This document shows positions 25,060-38,455 of a stretch of DNA of 64,000 bases, piece after piece. Position 1 is the stretch's first letter. Each line of letters begins with the position of its first letter. The notes beneath the pieces are model-generated. The model made no database searches. It was given only the letters and a program-made list of their open reading frames with translations, and was not told the DNA's origin. The stretch is taken from positions 40,364,001 to 40,428,000 of the forward strand of contig NW_024704743.1 of the NCBI RefSeq assembly GCF_018977255.1, given 5' to 3'. The stretch is from Callorhinchus milii (lineage: Eukaryota). A program made the position numbers and the translations under genes.

Positions 25060-25940
25060 CAGATCATTAAGATTTTTTTTGAACATATCCGAAGAGATCT
25101 TCATTGGAACATTTCAGAAAATTTTAACTCAAGATTGCTACAAAATATCCCTCAAATCAGTTGCTTACTGTATGCTGGAGACAAACTCCTCTTCAATTTT
25201 TTTTTAGTGACGACATTGTCCCCACTCACCCTTCCCCAACTTAATTAAACAAATCCTGTTCCACAAGTGGGGAACATGTGTTGCCCCAAACATTTCTAAC
25301 ACCTGGTAAAGCCCGGGCCCAGCTTAGTGACCAAGGCTCAAGATCGACCAATTCCAACTTCTCCATTTCTTCTTTTGGGCCTGGATCAACCTCCTCTGGA
25401 TAAGTGGCCCCTGCAAAACCGATTCCAATCAACAGAAGCCTGGGGGGCTGGGGGGGTGGGTAGATATTCCTGCACTGAACAGCATCTATGCTCCATGAAT
25501 AATCATAGGAAGACTTGGAACGTGCAGGTTTTTTAAAAAATATATATTATTGACCAAGGTCAGGCCTGCTCACCCCATTTAACCAGATTAGAAGAAATGC
25601 AATCTATTAGCGGAAGAGAATTAACCCCGAAGATAGCCCCCAATCCCCTCCCAAACGTTTCCAGTCCCCAAATTGTCAAAGGTCAACGTGGGCTTGAACC
25701 AAATACTTTACAATCACCCGAGCAAGTCAGATGATCGGATTGCCTCTCGGGCAATCTGTACCTCATCTGTACTCAAGTGAGCTATGCATTCAGTATCTCC
25801 CAATCCTCCTTGTGAGGGCTGATCAAACTTTTCAGATCGGAATACTGCAATACCAATCTCAACCAACAGAGGGTTGAAAGTATAGCTGTTGCCAGGAGCT
25901 CAATCTTTCCAATAATGCCCCAGCTAAGGGTTAGATTCTG
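25060..25940 (-). mobile_element. Decayed 5'-truncated L1-clade ORF2 remnant
   Basis: IELLATAI, HLSTDEV, NSLPLIDCISSNLVKW, LTLVNNIYFLK, EDLFGYVQ in the order of fish L1 IEPLAIAI, SLYADDV, NFxPL...DLxRW, LSLxGRINxIK, DFFRYLQ. Confidence 0.6.
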
Positions 25941-25941
25941 A

Positions 25942-25973
25942 TACACTTGATCTTGGCCAAAAGGCCAAGAAGC
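25942..25973 (-). pseudogene. RNU2: U2 snRNA 5' fragment (about nt 4-35)
   Basis: GCTTCTTGGCCTTTTGGCCAAGATCAAGTGTA versus U2 GCTTCTCGGCCTTTTGGCTAAGATCAAGTGTA: 30/32 identical. Confidence 0.88.
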
Positions 25974-27903
25974 TTATTTCAGGCTTAAAGTTACTCAGCA
26001 GATTTATGTTAGCTTTTCCTCTCTTTATCTTTCAAGTTAAGTGAGGCAGAAAACCATTGTGTTTCTTCATGTGAATCACCAAACTAGGGGGAATCAAACA
26101 GCAAGTTCAATTCCTAGTTAATGCTGCCAAAGCATGTCACTCATAAGAACATGATTTAAGGGCAAACTGTAAGTGTAACTGATTCTAGAGCGCTTATATT
26201 GTTAACATTGGAGCCAAGGCCCATGGCTTGTTTGCAGAATTGGCTCCAATTGTAGTTCTGCTTGCCCACTGCTATCTAGTATATCTGATGTGGTTACATT
26301 CGCATGATTCACTCCCCTGCTGGCGAACTAGAGATCATATTGAGTTATTAGATGTGGGGGTTGAGATATTCCTCAGGCAGGCTGTTTTAGCAATCACGTT
26401 GCAGTATAGAAAGAGATGCAGAATATCAATTGTTAACAAAAAGGTTTACTGCAAAATCTGCATTCCATCCTTTCATTTTTTAGAACAAAACTTTTGATTG
26501 CAAAAATAAATAACAAATTAAAGGATACTTGCATTTATCTAGTACCTTTCATGTGGGATGGCGACTCGGACCCAAATATAAAATTGCAGTATGAAGTTTG
26601 TTAAAGACCATGAAGGAAGCATGAGTTCATACAATGCAATCTAAAAGCCACATAAACCAATGAGTGTGTAACTCTAGCTTAGTATAAGTCTAGCAAGGAT
26701 TTGTAAGGGGGTGAGTTGGATTAGCATGTGGGAGGTGCGCGTTGGAGGTATGTGTGATGATCTAATAGTGCACCTCCCAGATACATATTAAAAGCATTTT
26801 TAAACTGGATACACAATAATAAGTAAGGAGGGACATTGCTGGTTAAAACCATCTGTCCTGCCACAACAAAAAAATTACATTTGTATAATGCCTTTCATGT
26901 CGGGAGGTCATCCCGAGGTGCTGGACAATGAGTGTTTCGGACCTGAGCTGGGGGTCAGGGTTGGGTTCGTAGAGGGCAGGGGGAATCTATGTCACTGTTC
27001 AGCCTTCCTAGATTTTACCCCAAGTGAAGGGCACCATATAAATGCAATTTGATGCTGTTGTACTTCTTCGATTGCACCTATGGACACCTCCCCCTTTTCC
27101 CCCCCACCTCCCCATTCGGCTTCCTTTCCCACCATTAAAGAGGTCAAAGGCATTTTTCTATATTTTTCTACTCTGTAAACTCAAGTTTTTGTTTTTGGTA
27201 TGGTTATGTTTTGTACTAGGAAGAGGAGAGAGAGGTCCAAGTGCATAGAAAACATCAGCCTTATCACTGGCAGTAGGTACTACCTCGCCAGCTGGACTAA
27301 TCTCAGACACCTGGATATGAACGAAGAGAAGTTCATGAGGAGACTCAGGGAACATGGTGAGAGTCAGTGAGTTCACCATATCATGCTGCATGAATAAAAT
27401 AACCAAAATCATCTGTAGAAAAGCACATGTGAGCAGTGAATAGCTTCAGCTGCAAAGTCAAAACACTTTTCTAAAATGACTGGCTTGTCACAATTGCAGG
27501 AAATATGAATACACATGCACAATGGAGGAGGGGGTCCTTTTCATAGTGATCAGTGCCTGACATTTGACACATTTTTTGTCTTAAAAATAGTGTGGCATAA
27601 ATTTGAAGATTGTGTAGAATGCTGGAAAAATTGAAAAATGTTGCCCATTTTCAGTTCACACGTGAAGACATTCCTCTTTCACTGTGCCTATGATTAATTC
27701 CCCTTCCTCCCATTTTCGTTGTCAACCCACACAATTTTTCAGTCCCCTGAAAGACTAGGCTTTATGAAATGTGCCATAATTGTTATTGTTGTAACATTCA
27801 AGTCAATTTCTATTGCTATCTAAAAAGACCTATAGAAAACCAACTTCCAAATTAAGACTCATTAAAAGAATTCACCAAAATTCTGCACCAATGTTAATTG
27901 TAT

Positions 27904-28224
27904 GTGGAGTCCTGTAGCTCAGTGGTTAGAGCACTCGCTTTGCAAGTGAGAGACCTGAGTTCAATTCCAGGCAGGGCGAAACCTTGGGCAAGTTTCCTTA
28001 TTCCACACGCCTAATAATAATCCCTCCAAAACCCAAAACAATAATAAATTGGTCATTTTCAATCTACGGCTGTTTGTGGGACATTGCTGTGCGCAATTGG
28101 CTGCCGCGTTCGCCCACAAATATACAGTCAATTCACTTTACAGTGTGTTCTGTGAAGCGCTTTGGGACGTCCTCCCGACGTGAAAAGCGCTATATCAAAT
28201 GCAAGGATTATTATTATTATTATT
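27904..28224 (+). mobile_element. Young tRNA-Ala-derived SINE
   Basis: Full-length, near-identical to the other young copies. Confidence 0.94.
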
Positions 28225-28456
28225 TATGACAATGGCCTTACAAAATGAACTTAAATTTATATAGGACCAAGTAGAGTAAAACATCTCAGAATGATTTACG
28301 GTGATGAGGCAGAGGAGGAGGTTGTGTGGTGATCATAGGCTTGGTGGTGGGTGTTTAGGTGGCATTTGAAGACAGGTAGCAAGGGTGCAAAAGAAAGGAG
28401 TTGAGAGAGAGATTTCTAGAGATTAGGAACATACAATTGGAAAGCTCAGCCATCGA

Positions 28457-29668
28457 TCATTGACCACTCTATCCTCATCCACTGCCTCTCCTCTCGTCCC
28501 AATCTTCACGGCTCTGTCCTTGACTGGTTCAGATCATACCTCTCACACCACCTCCACGTTATCTCCACAAACGGTTTCTCTTCTAGCCCCTGTACCGTCT
28601 TGTGCAGCATTCCTCAAGCATCTGTCATTGATCCCCTCTTCTTTAATATCTATATGCTTCCTCTTGGTGACATCATCCACAGACATGGGGTCAACTTCCA
28701 TTTGTATGCGAATGACACCCAACTGTACCTCTCGGCCTCCAGGACCACTGCTGTCCTGACAGAATGTCTGTCAGATATCAAGGCCTGGATGAGAGCTAAC
28801 TTTCTTCAGTTGAACGGCAACAAGACTGAGGCCCTCCTGATTGGCTCCTGTCAACGCCTCCACACCTCAGGCACTGACAGCATCACTCATGGTTGCACAC
28901 TCCACCTCACTGAGTCAGTCCGGAACCTTGGCATCTTGTTTGACCCTCAACTATCCTTTCCACCCCATCTGCACCATGACCCGCTCTGCCTTCCCTCATC
29001 TCTGCAACATTGCCCGGCCCTGCCATGTCTCACACCGCAGGTCGCCGAAACCCTCATACATGCTTTCATTACATTGAAGCTTGACTATGCAAACTCCTTG
29101 CCTGTCAGCCTCCCCAACTCCCCCTTCCACAGGCTGCAGATCATCCAGAAGTCTGCAGTACGTGTCCTCCCCCGCACCAGGCTCCACAACTCTATCACCC
29201 CCATTCTCGCCTGACTCCATTGCCTTCCCATCACATGGAGGATACAGTTCAAGATCCAGGTCCTCACCTTAAAAAATCCTCCATGGCCTTGCTAAACCAT
29301 ACTTCTGTGACCTCCTAACCGCCTACCATCCTACCCGCTCCTTCCGCTTAGCGAGCTCCGGTTGCTTCATGTCCGCCGCCTCGCCCCCCCGCCCCCACCT
29401 TTGACGGGCGGGCCTTCTGCCACTGTGTCCCCACACTCTGGAACTTCATCCTACTGTCCCTCCACCTCATCCCCTCCCTTGCTTCCTTCAATACCCATCT
29501 CAAGACCATCCTCTTCGACCGCGCTTTCAATCACCCTGCTTCGCCACCTGCCCTCCACCCTCACCAATCCCAACCCCCAACTCGGGTCCTAAACTCTGTC
29601 TGTCCAGCAACTTGGGATGTCCTCCGAATGTGAAAGGCGCTTTACAAATGTAATTTTATTGTTGTTGT
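28457..29668 (+). mobile_element. L2 LINE fragment
   Basis: IPQASVIDPLFFNIYM, YANDTQLY, VRNLGILFD, KLDYANSL; (TTG)n tail. Confidence 0.92.
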
Positions 29669-32115
29669 AACTACAAATAATTACATTTATATAGCACCTT
29701 TCAGGGCGGAAGGACATTCCATTGAACAGTTAACGTTTTTTGCACCAGAGCTGATGGTTGGAATCAAAAGTTTTGTAGGGTAGGGGGAGTAGAGATGGGA
29801 GTGTGGCTGAAGACATAGTTAGAGGAAGGTCTTGCGACGGGCCTTGAAGGAGGCAAGGAAAAGTTTTTGTTATTGTTGTTACTGTCGCATTGGTAACAAA
29901 TCTATAATTCAACCTCATCCAAAAGCTGGGCAGCAAATGGGGTCTTGAGGGCTGCAACCTAATATATGTTCCTTTCTCAAATAATAAAAAGTTGTTTTTC
30001 CAAGTGCAACTAAAATCGCGAGTATAATTGCATTTATCAAATGATGTAGGACACGAGTGCTATTGTGCCAGATCTCTGCTAATGTGACATTGTTGTTCAA
30101 GTGGAGAGTTATTTTCTAGATTGCTTTGACAATGCATCTGTAGAGATGCACTTGTAATTCTTTTGGAACTAATTTGTGTCTGTTTTAAAAAAAAATTGGT
30201 GTCATTTTTTAAATTAGCCCAAATGAAGGCAATGGACTCAAATGAAGCGGACTGAATCCTGCAAATCTTGGTCAGTTTACTCATTCCCTATATATGTTCC
30301 TTCTACATCATTTTATATTGCACCTCGTTTGTTTAAAGTAAAGACACAGTGATTAAAATTGTAAAACTCCGTATGCTCCCATCAAAAAATCCTGTTACTT
30401 AGATAAATTAATGTGATCCAATAAATGTAATCATCTTGAGCTTAGAACACTAATTTTCCTCAAATGATCTGTAAACTGGAGCTGATCATAATATAACCAC
30501 AATGTAATTTTTTTGTCAACTTGGCAGTTTTTACAATCCAATATTCATTTTAACAGGAGCTGAATTTTATAGTAAATATGTAGGAGTGTAACTCTCTCCC
30601 CCTCATTTCCCTCGGCAAGTGTTAATTTAAGGATCAGGTTCAGAGTTTAAATAGACCCTAGCTTTTAGAATGAAAGAGACTCGTGCTATAAGCTGGAGGT
30701 ACGACTGCCAGAAATTGTTAGTAGTCCAGCAGTTTCCACAATAAAGTGATCATCACAAACTGAGATTGCGGATCGAAAAGCAATCAGTGTGTTGGCTCGT
30801 GATAATTGCTGGGCATATACATGTGGCACACTCAGAAAGATACATGAGGCAACAAATTAAACATTTATATATTTTCATATTTGTATAGACACCTTAATTC
30901 CAGCAGTGTTCGCTCATCCTGAAGGGATTCTCTCACACCCTTATATTTTATAAAGTAAAGTATTTAGCTGCACTGTCATTGCACTGTCATTGATGAGTCA
31001 CCTTGAGGGCATATTTTAATGGACCCTTTCAGATTTCATCTAATTTATTTTGGATGTTTCTTCAGTAGAATGTCTTGACTTCTCTTTTAACTGTGAACCA
31101 ATTTTAAATGTGAATGCACAAGGGGGACCGCACGAGTTCGGTTGGACTTGCACTTCAACTTGATTTTAAAAGTCGAGATGCTGAACACATTGATTTCTGT
31201 GACCACATTTATAATCGCCTCTTAAAATCATAGCCACAATACAAGTAGCTTTTTTACGCTAAAAGTACCTCACCCCAATTTGATTCACACTGTTAAGTGT
31301 TCAACTGATATGTGAAAGGCAGCTAAAAATATTCAGCTATTGCTACAGGCAGACTGGCAACTTTACTGCAAAAAGAGATATCCTATTAAAATTTTCTCAT
31401 GGTGTATATCAGGTTTCATTGTGTTGCAGGCAAAAAATGAATCCATATATGCGATTATATGAGTTTCTGAAAGAAACATCTACCTGAAATTTGAAAGGGT
31501 TCGAAAGTTTTCCTTTTTCTCAAGTTTTTATGGTCAAATCGGAAGAAATAAAATACGGCCCTATAAAATAAGAAATAAAATTTAATATAAATATTAAAGA
31601 ATAAATAATAATAATAATCCTTGCATTTGATATAGCAGCTTTTCATGTCTTCGAGACGTCTCCGAACGCTTAACAGAATATATTGTAAAGTGGATTGACG
31701 GTGTATTTTTTTAGTGTGTGCGAAACACAGCAGCCAATTGTGCACAACAATTTCACAATTAAATGTGTCAATGTCGAAATAGTTTTTGATAAGATTAAAA
31801 TAAAAAAAACTACAACATGTTTCACAAATGTTTAAATGTTTAGTCATTGAGTATTGGAAAATTCAACATTCAGAAAGAAACAAACTAAATCCTGCTTTGT
31901 GGGACATTGCCTTCAGATTGATTGTACTGTGGGTGTGGATTGGCCCACTAAATATACAGCCAATTCACTTCACATTATACTTTGTGAAGCGCTTTGGGAC
32001 GTCTCGAAGACATGATAAAGTGCTGTATCAAATGCAAGGATTATTATTTATTATTACCTTGTCTCAGGAGAGGATGTGAAACCTATTCATCTTGTTATTC
32101 TGCTAAATATCCCAA

Positions 32116-33160
32116 AACAATAACAGCAACAACAAGTTTACATTTGTATAGCGCGTTTCACGTCGGGAGGACATCCCAAGGCACTGGACAGAGTACAGCA
32201 TTTCAGACCCGAAATGGGGTGGGGGGGGAAGGGAGGGGAGAGGAAGGGGGGTGGCCGATGGCATAGTTGAAGAGGAGGGTCTTGAGATGGGACTTGAAGG
32301 AGGCTAAGGAGGGGGCGAGGCGGAGTGACTGGGGGATGGAATTCCAGAGATTGGGAGCAGAGTGGCTGAAGGCTCTCCCACCAATGGTGGGGCGGGTGGG
32401 TTGGGGGACGTGGGGCAGGCCAGAGCCTGATGAGTGGAGGGAACGGGTGGATTGGTAGGGGTAAGGAGGTCACAGAGGTAGGTGGGGTGAGGCCATGGAG
32501 GGCTTTGTATGTGAGGACCAGGATCTTGAACTGGATCCTCTGAAGGATAGGGAGCCAGCGGAGTTGGGTGAGAGCGGAGGAGATGGGGTCACGGAGTTTG
32601 GTGTGGGAGAGGACACGGGCTGCAGAGTTCTGGGTTATCTGCAGCCTGTGGAGGGAGGAGTTGGGAAGGCTGACAAGCAGGGCATTTGCATAGTTGAGCC
32701 AGGAGGTGATGAAGGCATGAACAAGAGTTTCAGCAGCCTGAGGGGTGAGTTGGCGGAGTTGGGGGATGTTACGGAGGTGAGGGAAGACAGAGCAGGTCAT
32801 GGCTTGATCGTGGGGGAGAAAAGACAGTTGAGGGTCGAACAAGACACCGAGGTTCCTGACTGGCTGGTGAGTTGTAGTGTGCAACCATGGAGGTTGATGC
32901 TGCCAGAGCCTGAGGTGCTGAGGCGCTGGCGCGAGTCAATCAGGAGGGCCTCAGTCTTTTTCACATTCAACTGTAGGAAATTTGCCCTCATCCAGGACTT
33001 GATGTCGGACAGACAGTCTGTCAGGACAGCGGTGGTCCTGGAGTTGAGGGTGGAGGCACAGAGATAGAGTTGGGTGTCATCCGCATACATGTGGAAGTTG
33101 ATCCCATGTCTGCAGATGATGTCACCAAGAGGGAGCATATAGATATTAAAGAGGAGAATG
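32116..33160 (-). mobile_element. L2 LINE fragment
   Basis: [39 protein letters not shown]; tail stem-loop with CTCCC loop. Confidence 0.93.
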
Positions 33161-34726
33161 TTGAGAGTGAGAAAACAAGTATTGAGAGTGAGAAAACTCA
33201 TAGAAGTTCATATCATTCATTCAAGTGTCAACACTCTGAGAAGAGAAATCATGAAAGTAGAATAAAGTAGTATAAAAACTATTGTTTTAAAGGTTTATAT
33301 ACATATTGTCCAGGTAAGAGTACAACAGGCTAGCTTTATCCAGAATACTATCAACCCCTCTCTTAATTTAGTTGCATAAAATTGTCTCAAGTTGCCAGCT
33401 TCTGCCTAGGGTCATGCCCAGTAATTGGCCTCTCCTTAACACTGCTCCAAAGTTCATCTCAAATAGCACCGGTGATGTTGGGGACTCAATGGTAATGTGG
33501 AATCAGGAACACATTACCTATATCATACCACCAATGTCACAATGTGTCACCGAACACCAATTTGTGTATTTCCAATGGAAGATGAAACTTATCTTAATAA
33601 AATGATAATAGTATGAACTGACACCTTCGCTCTATTTAGAGTGTAAATATGAAACAATGGCTAATTAACACAGAAGTACATGATTATTTTGTTCCTAGGC
33701 TTTGTTCCTTTCAATGTGGTTTACTGTACTGTCTACAATTTGTACTATAAATACGTATTCTCCAAGCTTTAAAATGCTTTTCACGTGGATATTGCTTTCA
33801 AGATATTTACACGTGGACTCAATGGTAATTTTTCACTAATTTTACAATCATTTTTCACACTGCTTTTAGCAGTCTTTTTCTGTAATATGTTTCTCATAAT
33901 TGTTAAGGTAATATCTGCAATAATAATCCTGTACAATATAATGCGCCTTCATGCAGAAATATCTCAAAGCATTTCACACAATGAGCTCTCTGGAGAATCG
34001 TACTGTTTTTCATTATCACTATGAAACCCATCAACTGTCAAGATGACATTGTCGTGCAAGGTTCAGAAATTAAATAACTTTTTTTCAATAAAGTCACAGC
34101 ATAGTGCAACATTTATGATTGGAATTCCTTAACTGTAAAACCGAAGTCTCTGGAACATTGAATCTTAAAAACACATCTCTTCATGCAAATGTTTAATTCT
34201 TGCACAGGATATAAGTTTTTAAAATTCCCATTTTCCCTTTTTTATATAGTTTCCCATAGTGCCTTCTCATGCTGTAAATTTATCATTCTATATTTTCATT
34301 TCTTCCTCCTGTGTCCTCAATGCACTGAAATCCAAACAAAGAGGGAACATATATTTTGAATCTCACCACTATTGTTGTTTTTCTTTCAACGACAAACTCA
34401 AACTCCGTAATTACCTGCACAGCTCTCACAGTAATCAACAGAAAAAGTATGGTAAGAAATAACCTTTTTTGTCAAAATCACACAGTAGCAAAACATACTG
34501 CTTGTGATGTTAACCTTTAACATTGAGCTAATAACAAAACATGCACTTGTTTTAATCTGTTGACCTGGTAAATTTTAGAAGAAGATTTTGTGAAACTAAT
34601 AATAATAATACTTGCATTTGATATAGCGCCTTATCACATTGCCACGACATCTCAAAGCACTTCACAGGATATACACATGTGGTTTGACTTTATTTTGTGG
34701 GCAAAATAAGGCAGCTTGTTTGCACA

Positions 34727-35426
34727 CAGAGGCCTTCAGTATAAATTGTTTGTGAAACTTCCCACAGAATCCAACTGGTGACAAACCCCTGTTATATAAC
34801 ATACAGGAATATTTCAAAGACACAGACTAGTGTCTGCCCTGAAGAAACACTCTAAGGTATTTCACCACCATCAGGAACTACACCAATTTGTACTTGGGGG
34901 ATTGTTGTCCAGGAAAATGGAGAGAAACTCCCTTCTCTTTTCGAATAGATCCCTGGGATTGTTAACATCATTCTGACATGAGTGACTTTGCTACCATTGA
35001 GTCTGGCTTATTCAGACAAATAATTATCAATTCTATGAAGAGATCACAAAAAAGAGATCTGATGCTGAACTAATAATATTATTGCATGCATTAGTTTGTC
35101 GTTCAAATGTCTTGACCTCTGACACAAACTAATGCATGTACATAATATTATTGTTTCAGTCTCAGATCNTTTTTTTGTGATCTCTTCATAGAATTACACT
35201 TTGCCTCACTGGCCCTGCTTTCATCTTCCTCTTGAAAGATTTCAAGAGAAGAAGCGCCTGCTTTTTTATGTGTAGTTCCTGATGGTGGTGAAACACTTTA
35301 GAGTGTTTCTTCAGGGCAGACCCTAGTCTGTGTCTTTGAAATGTTCCTGTATGTTATATAACAGGGGTTTGTCACCAGTCGGATTCTGTGGGAAGTTTCA
35401 CAAACAATTTATACTGAAGGCCTCTG
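34727..35426. repeat. Nested inverted repeats (foldback)
   Basis: Outer arms 34727-34883 and 35270-35426 (157 bp, about 5 mismatches); inner arms 35029-35099 and 35124-35195. Confidence 0.92.
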
Positions 35427-35949
35427 AGTCACAAGGCTGTGAGTTCAAGCCTGTGAAGCACTTTGAGACATATCGACGACATAATAAATTGCTATATCTA
35501 ATTCAGGGATTATTATTATTAATATTATTATTCAAGTATTGAACATCTGTTCCACTACCTTGTTATGAAATAACATAATTAGTTTCTTATTTTCAATTTT
35601 TTTTGAGGAACGTTGGTTTTCTGATATTGAGATAAGCAAAATCTCTTCGCTTTTTATCACCTAAAATCTATAACTCTTTGGTCGAGCACTACATTTGATG
35701 CAACAAACTTCTGGTTGTGGATCTTCATGGATACACTCAGCATTTTTCCCTTTTTGTAGTTGAGAAAAACAGTGCTGAGTTGGGTGGGGAACGCAGGTGT
35801 ATGTCCAATGTGTCTGAAGTAATTCAAGGTGCTTTTATTCTCCTGAATTTACACTACTTTAATCAGAAATGTGGACAGGCATGGGTTCCTCACCTAAGTA
35901 ACCATTATTAACTGACTAGCCTGGTTCAGTCTGTATCTACAGATGATTT

Positions 35950-36225
35950 TACCCACTCGGGAAGTTATCATTGAACCCAATCAACTGACATCCACAATCT
36001 CACACTTTCTTGCAGAGGTCACTAAATCATAATGAGGAGCAGGAACTCTGCCTGATATTCCACACACCTAGATGAAGGGAGGGCAAGGGGCTTTGGCCCA
36101 TTTGGAGATCCCCAAATGCTGACCAGTTGATATCAGGTAACTCAACACAGGCCACAAATTGAACCTGCAAAATTCTGGACTGTACCACATTGAGTGGTGC
36201 CATGACCCACTTGGCTATTGAGTGA
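35950..36225 (-). mobile_element. Ancient SINE-like element of a second family
   Basis: Minus strand has A-box-like TAGCCAAGTGG and B-box-like GGTTCAATTT, then CAGAGTTCCTGCTCCT; weakly similar pieces at about 53300-53420 and 56070-56120. Confidence 0.4.
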
Positions 36226-38087
36226 GCAACCAAGGCATTGTTGATGGTCGAACAATTATTTGGCTCATGAAAGAAACTAAGAACTATAGTTGTGGCCTCA
36301 ACCATCACATGGCTAAGCCTATTCCTAACTGGTCTAGTATTTCTGAAATCTATTGTTCAACTGTGCTTTTTTTTAAAAAAAACTTACATTTGTAACAGAG
36401 AAGGGAGGATAAAAAGAACAATGTCCCAAATCAATGTTGTCACTTAATCCATTGCTGTTTTATGAGATATTGATCTGCACAATTTGAAGTGCTTTGAGAA
36501 GTTTCAACAAATTGATAAAGCTCTGTATAAAATGCAAGGATTATTATTAATATGACACCTTTCAAAATGGGAGGACATCTCAAAATGTTTCACAGAACAT
36601 AGTGTACAGTGTAGTGACTGTATTTTGTGCAAGAATATGGCAACTAATTTGCACACAGCAATTTCCCACAAGCAGCTGTGGAATGAATGACCAATTTTAT
36701 CTGTGGTTCGTTGGCCAGGACACTGGCCATTTTACCATATGTAGCCCTTGAAACAGTTGACAAATGTTTGACTGAAAACACAATTGGATGCTCAATTGGG
36801 ATATATGCAAAATAAAAAACAACTTCAATGTCTTTCATGCCTTTATTTGTAAATCAGAGTGCAGTTGTATGATACAAGCAATTTGTTTAATTGCTGTGAC
36901 TTATTATTTCACAAACAATTAACATTGGTCTATTTTTCTTAATTTTTACATGGATTTGTCACTTCAGTAAGAACTCATTGGAGGATCTGTGTAGGTAGAA
37001 ATTGCGCTAACCCTTATGCTACTATATGTATTGATGTACTGTAAACCGACCAATAACATTCATACCAGATTTATCTGCATGGCTAGTGGGGTGATACCTC
37101 TGACTTCACCAAATGAGTCATTTTTAAAATTACCAACTGAGTTACAGAGAGAGTGAATATGGATATTTTTATAGGAACTTCAGTGTTGGAACGTCAACAT
37201 CATTTACTGTATCATACTTTAGCATTCTCTCACTTGGGTCAGCCGTGAGGATGGCGGCAGCTTGATGAAGTAAATGAAGTGATAAATACTGCTTCTGGAT
37301 GTAGTGAGACCCACTAAAGAGTTGGTTTTCCACAGAGACCTCTGGATGCAGCAGTCTGCCCATAGAGAGCAGCAAAGCAGCTCTGCGTTCCTGTTCCCTT
37401 GGAATCAAAACAACCATTGACCAAAGTTTGGTGACTAGAAGCACAGTTGAAAGTGATAACTTATTTTGAACAGCATCTTTCAGTTGCTAAAACAAAACAA
37501 TATACTAATATCTACTAAATACACTATATGTATAATGAATAATAATGGGATTTATTATGCCTTTAGTGGTAAGAAAATATTATTTTGCTTTGAGACTCAA
37601 TCAGTTACAAATAGAAGTTTACATTATGGTTCAGTGAGGTCAGATTTTCTTGAATCATCTTCTTTCCCTCAGGCAGAGGATGTGGGTTCTCGGCTGCAAA
37701 CAGAACAGCTTCTGACAAGAACTGCAGGCTGTTTCAATGTCCCTGCTTTTAACTCTTTAGTGATGCTACCTCGCGTAAAGGGCACTATATAAATGCAAGT
37801 TGCTGTCATTGTTTCAGTCCCCAAGTAATTATCTCTAGAAAATCACAGAAATGTAGGGTAAGGTTTGGGTGAGTTTCATAAGAAAATATACAGTCAATTC
37901 ACTTTAGAGTATATTCTGTGAAGCGCTTTGAGACATTTCAATGACACAATGAAGTTATATATCAAATGCAAGGATTGTTATTATATAATAATTCTTGCAT
38001 TTTATATAGCATCTTATCCTATAAAATGCTTTGAGATGTCTCTGAGATGATATAATAAAGCACTACATCAAATGCAAGGTTTATTAT

Positions 38088-38455
38088 ATAATAATAATAA
38101 TCCTTGCATTTGATATAGTGTTTTTCACGTCTTCTAGATCTATCAAAGCGCTTCACAGAATATACTGTAAAGTAAATTGACTGTATATTTGTGGGCGAAA
38201 CACAGCAGCCAATTGCACACAGCGGTGTCCAACAGTCGTGGAATGAGTAAACAAATTATTAAAACCTTTTTAGGGATTATTATCCTCGGAAAAGCAATCT
38301 GCGAATCGACCAGCAACCAGGTTCTTACTTACTGCTAGTTTAACAGAGGTATGTGGAGTAAGGAAACTTGCCCAACATTTTGCCCTGCCGGGAATCGAAC
38401 CCAGGTCCTTCGCTTGCGTGCCAAGTGGTCAAACCACTAAGCTACAGGATTCCAC
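38088..38455 (-). mobile_element. tRNA-derived SINE, long subfamily
   Basis: Full head, internal segment and old-type tail. Confidence 0.87.

Noticed and set aside
27158..27412. Minus-strand ORF with a good acceptor (MILVILFMQHD...)
   Set aside because: No recognisable homology, no convincing donor and no phase-compatible neighbouring exon.
35275..35315. Hammerhead ribozyme in the foldback arm (CTGATGG...GAAAC)
   Set aside because: A9 is G, there is no stem II, and stem I cannot form.
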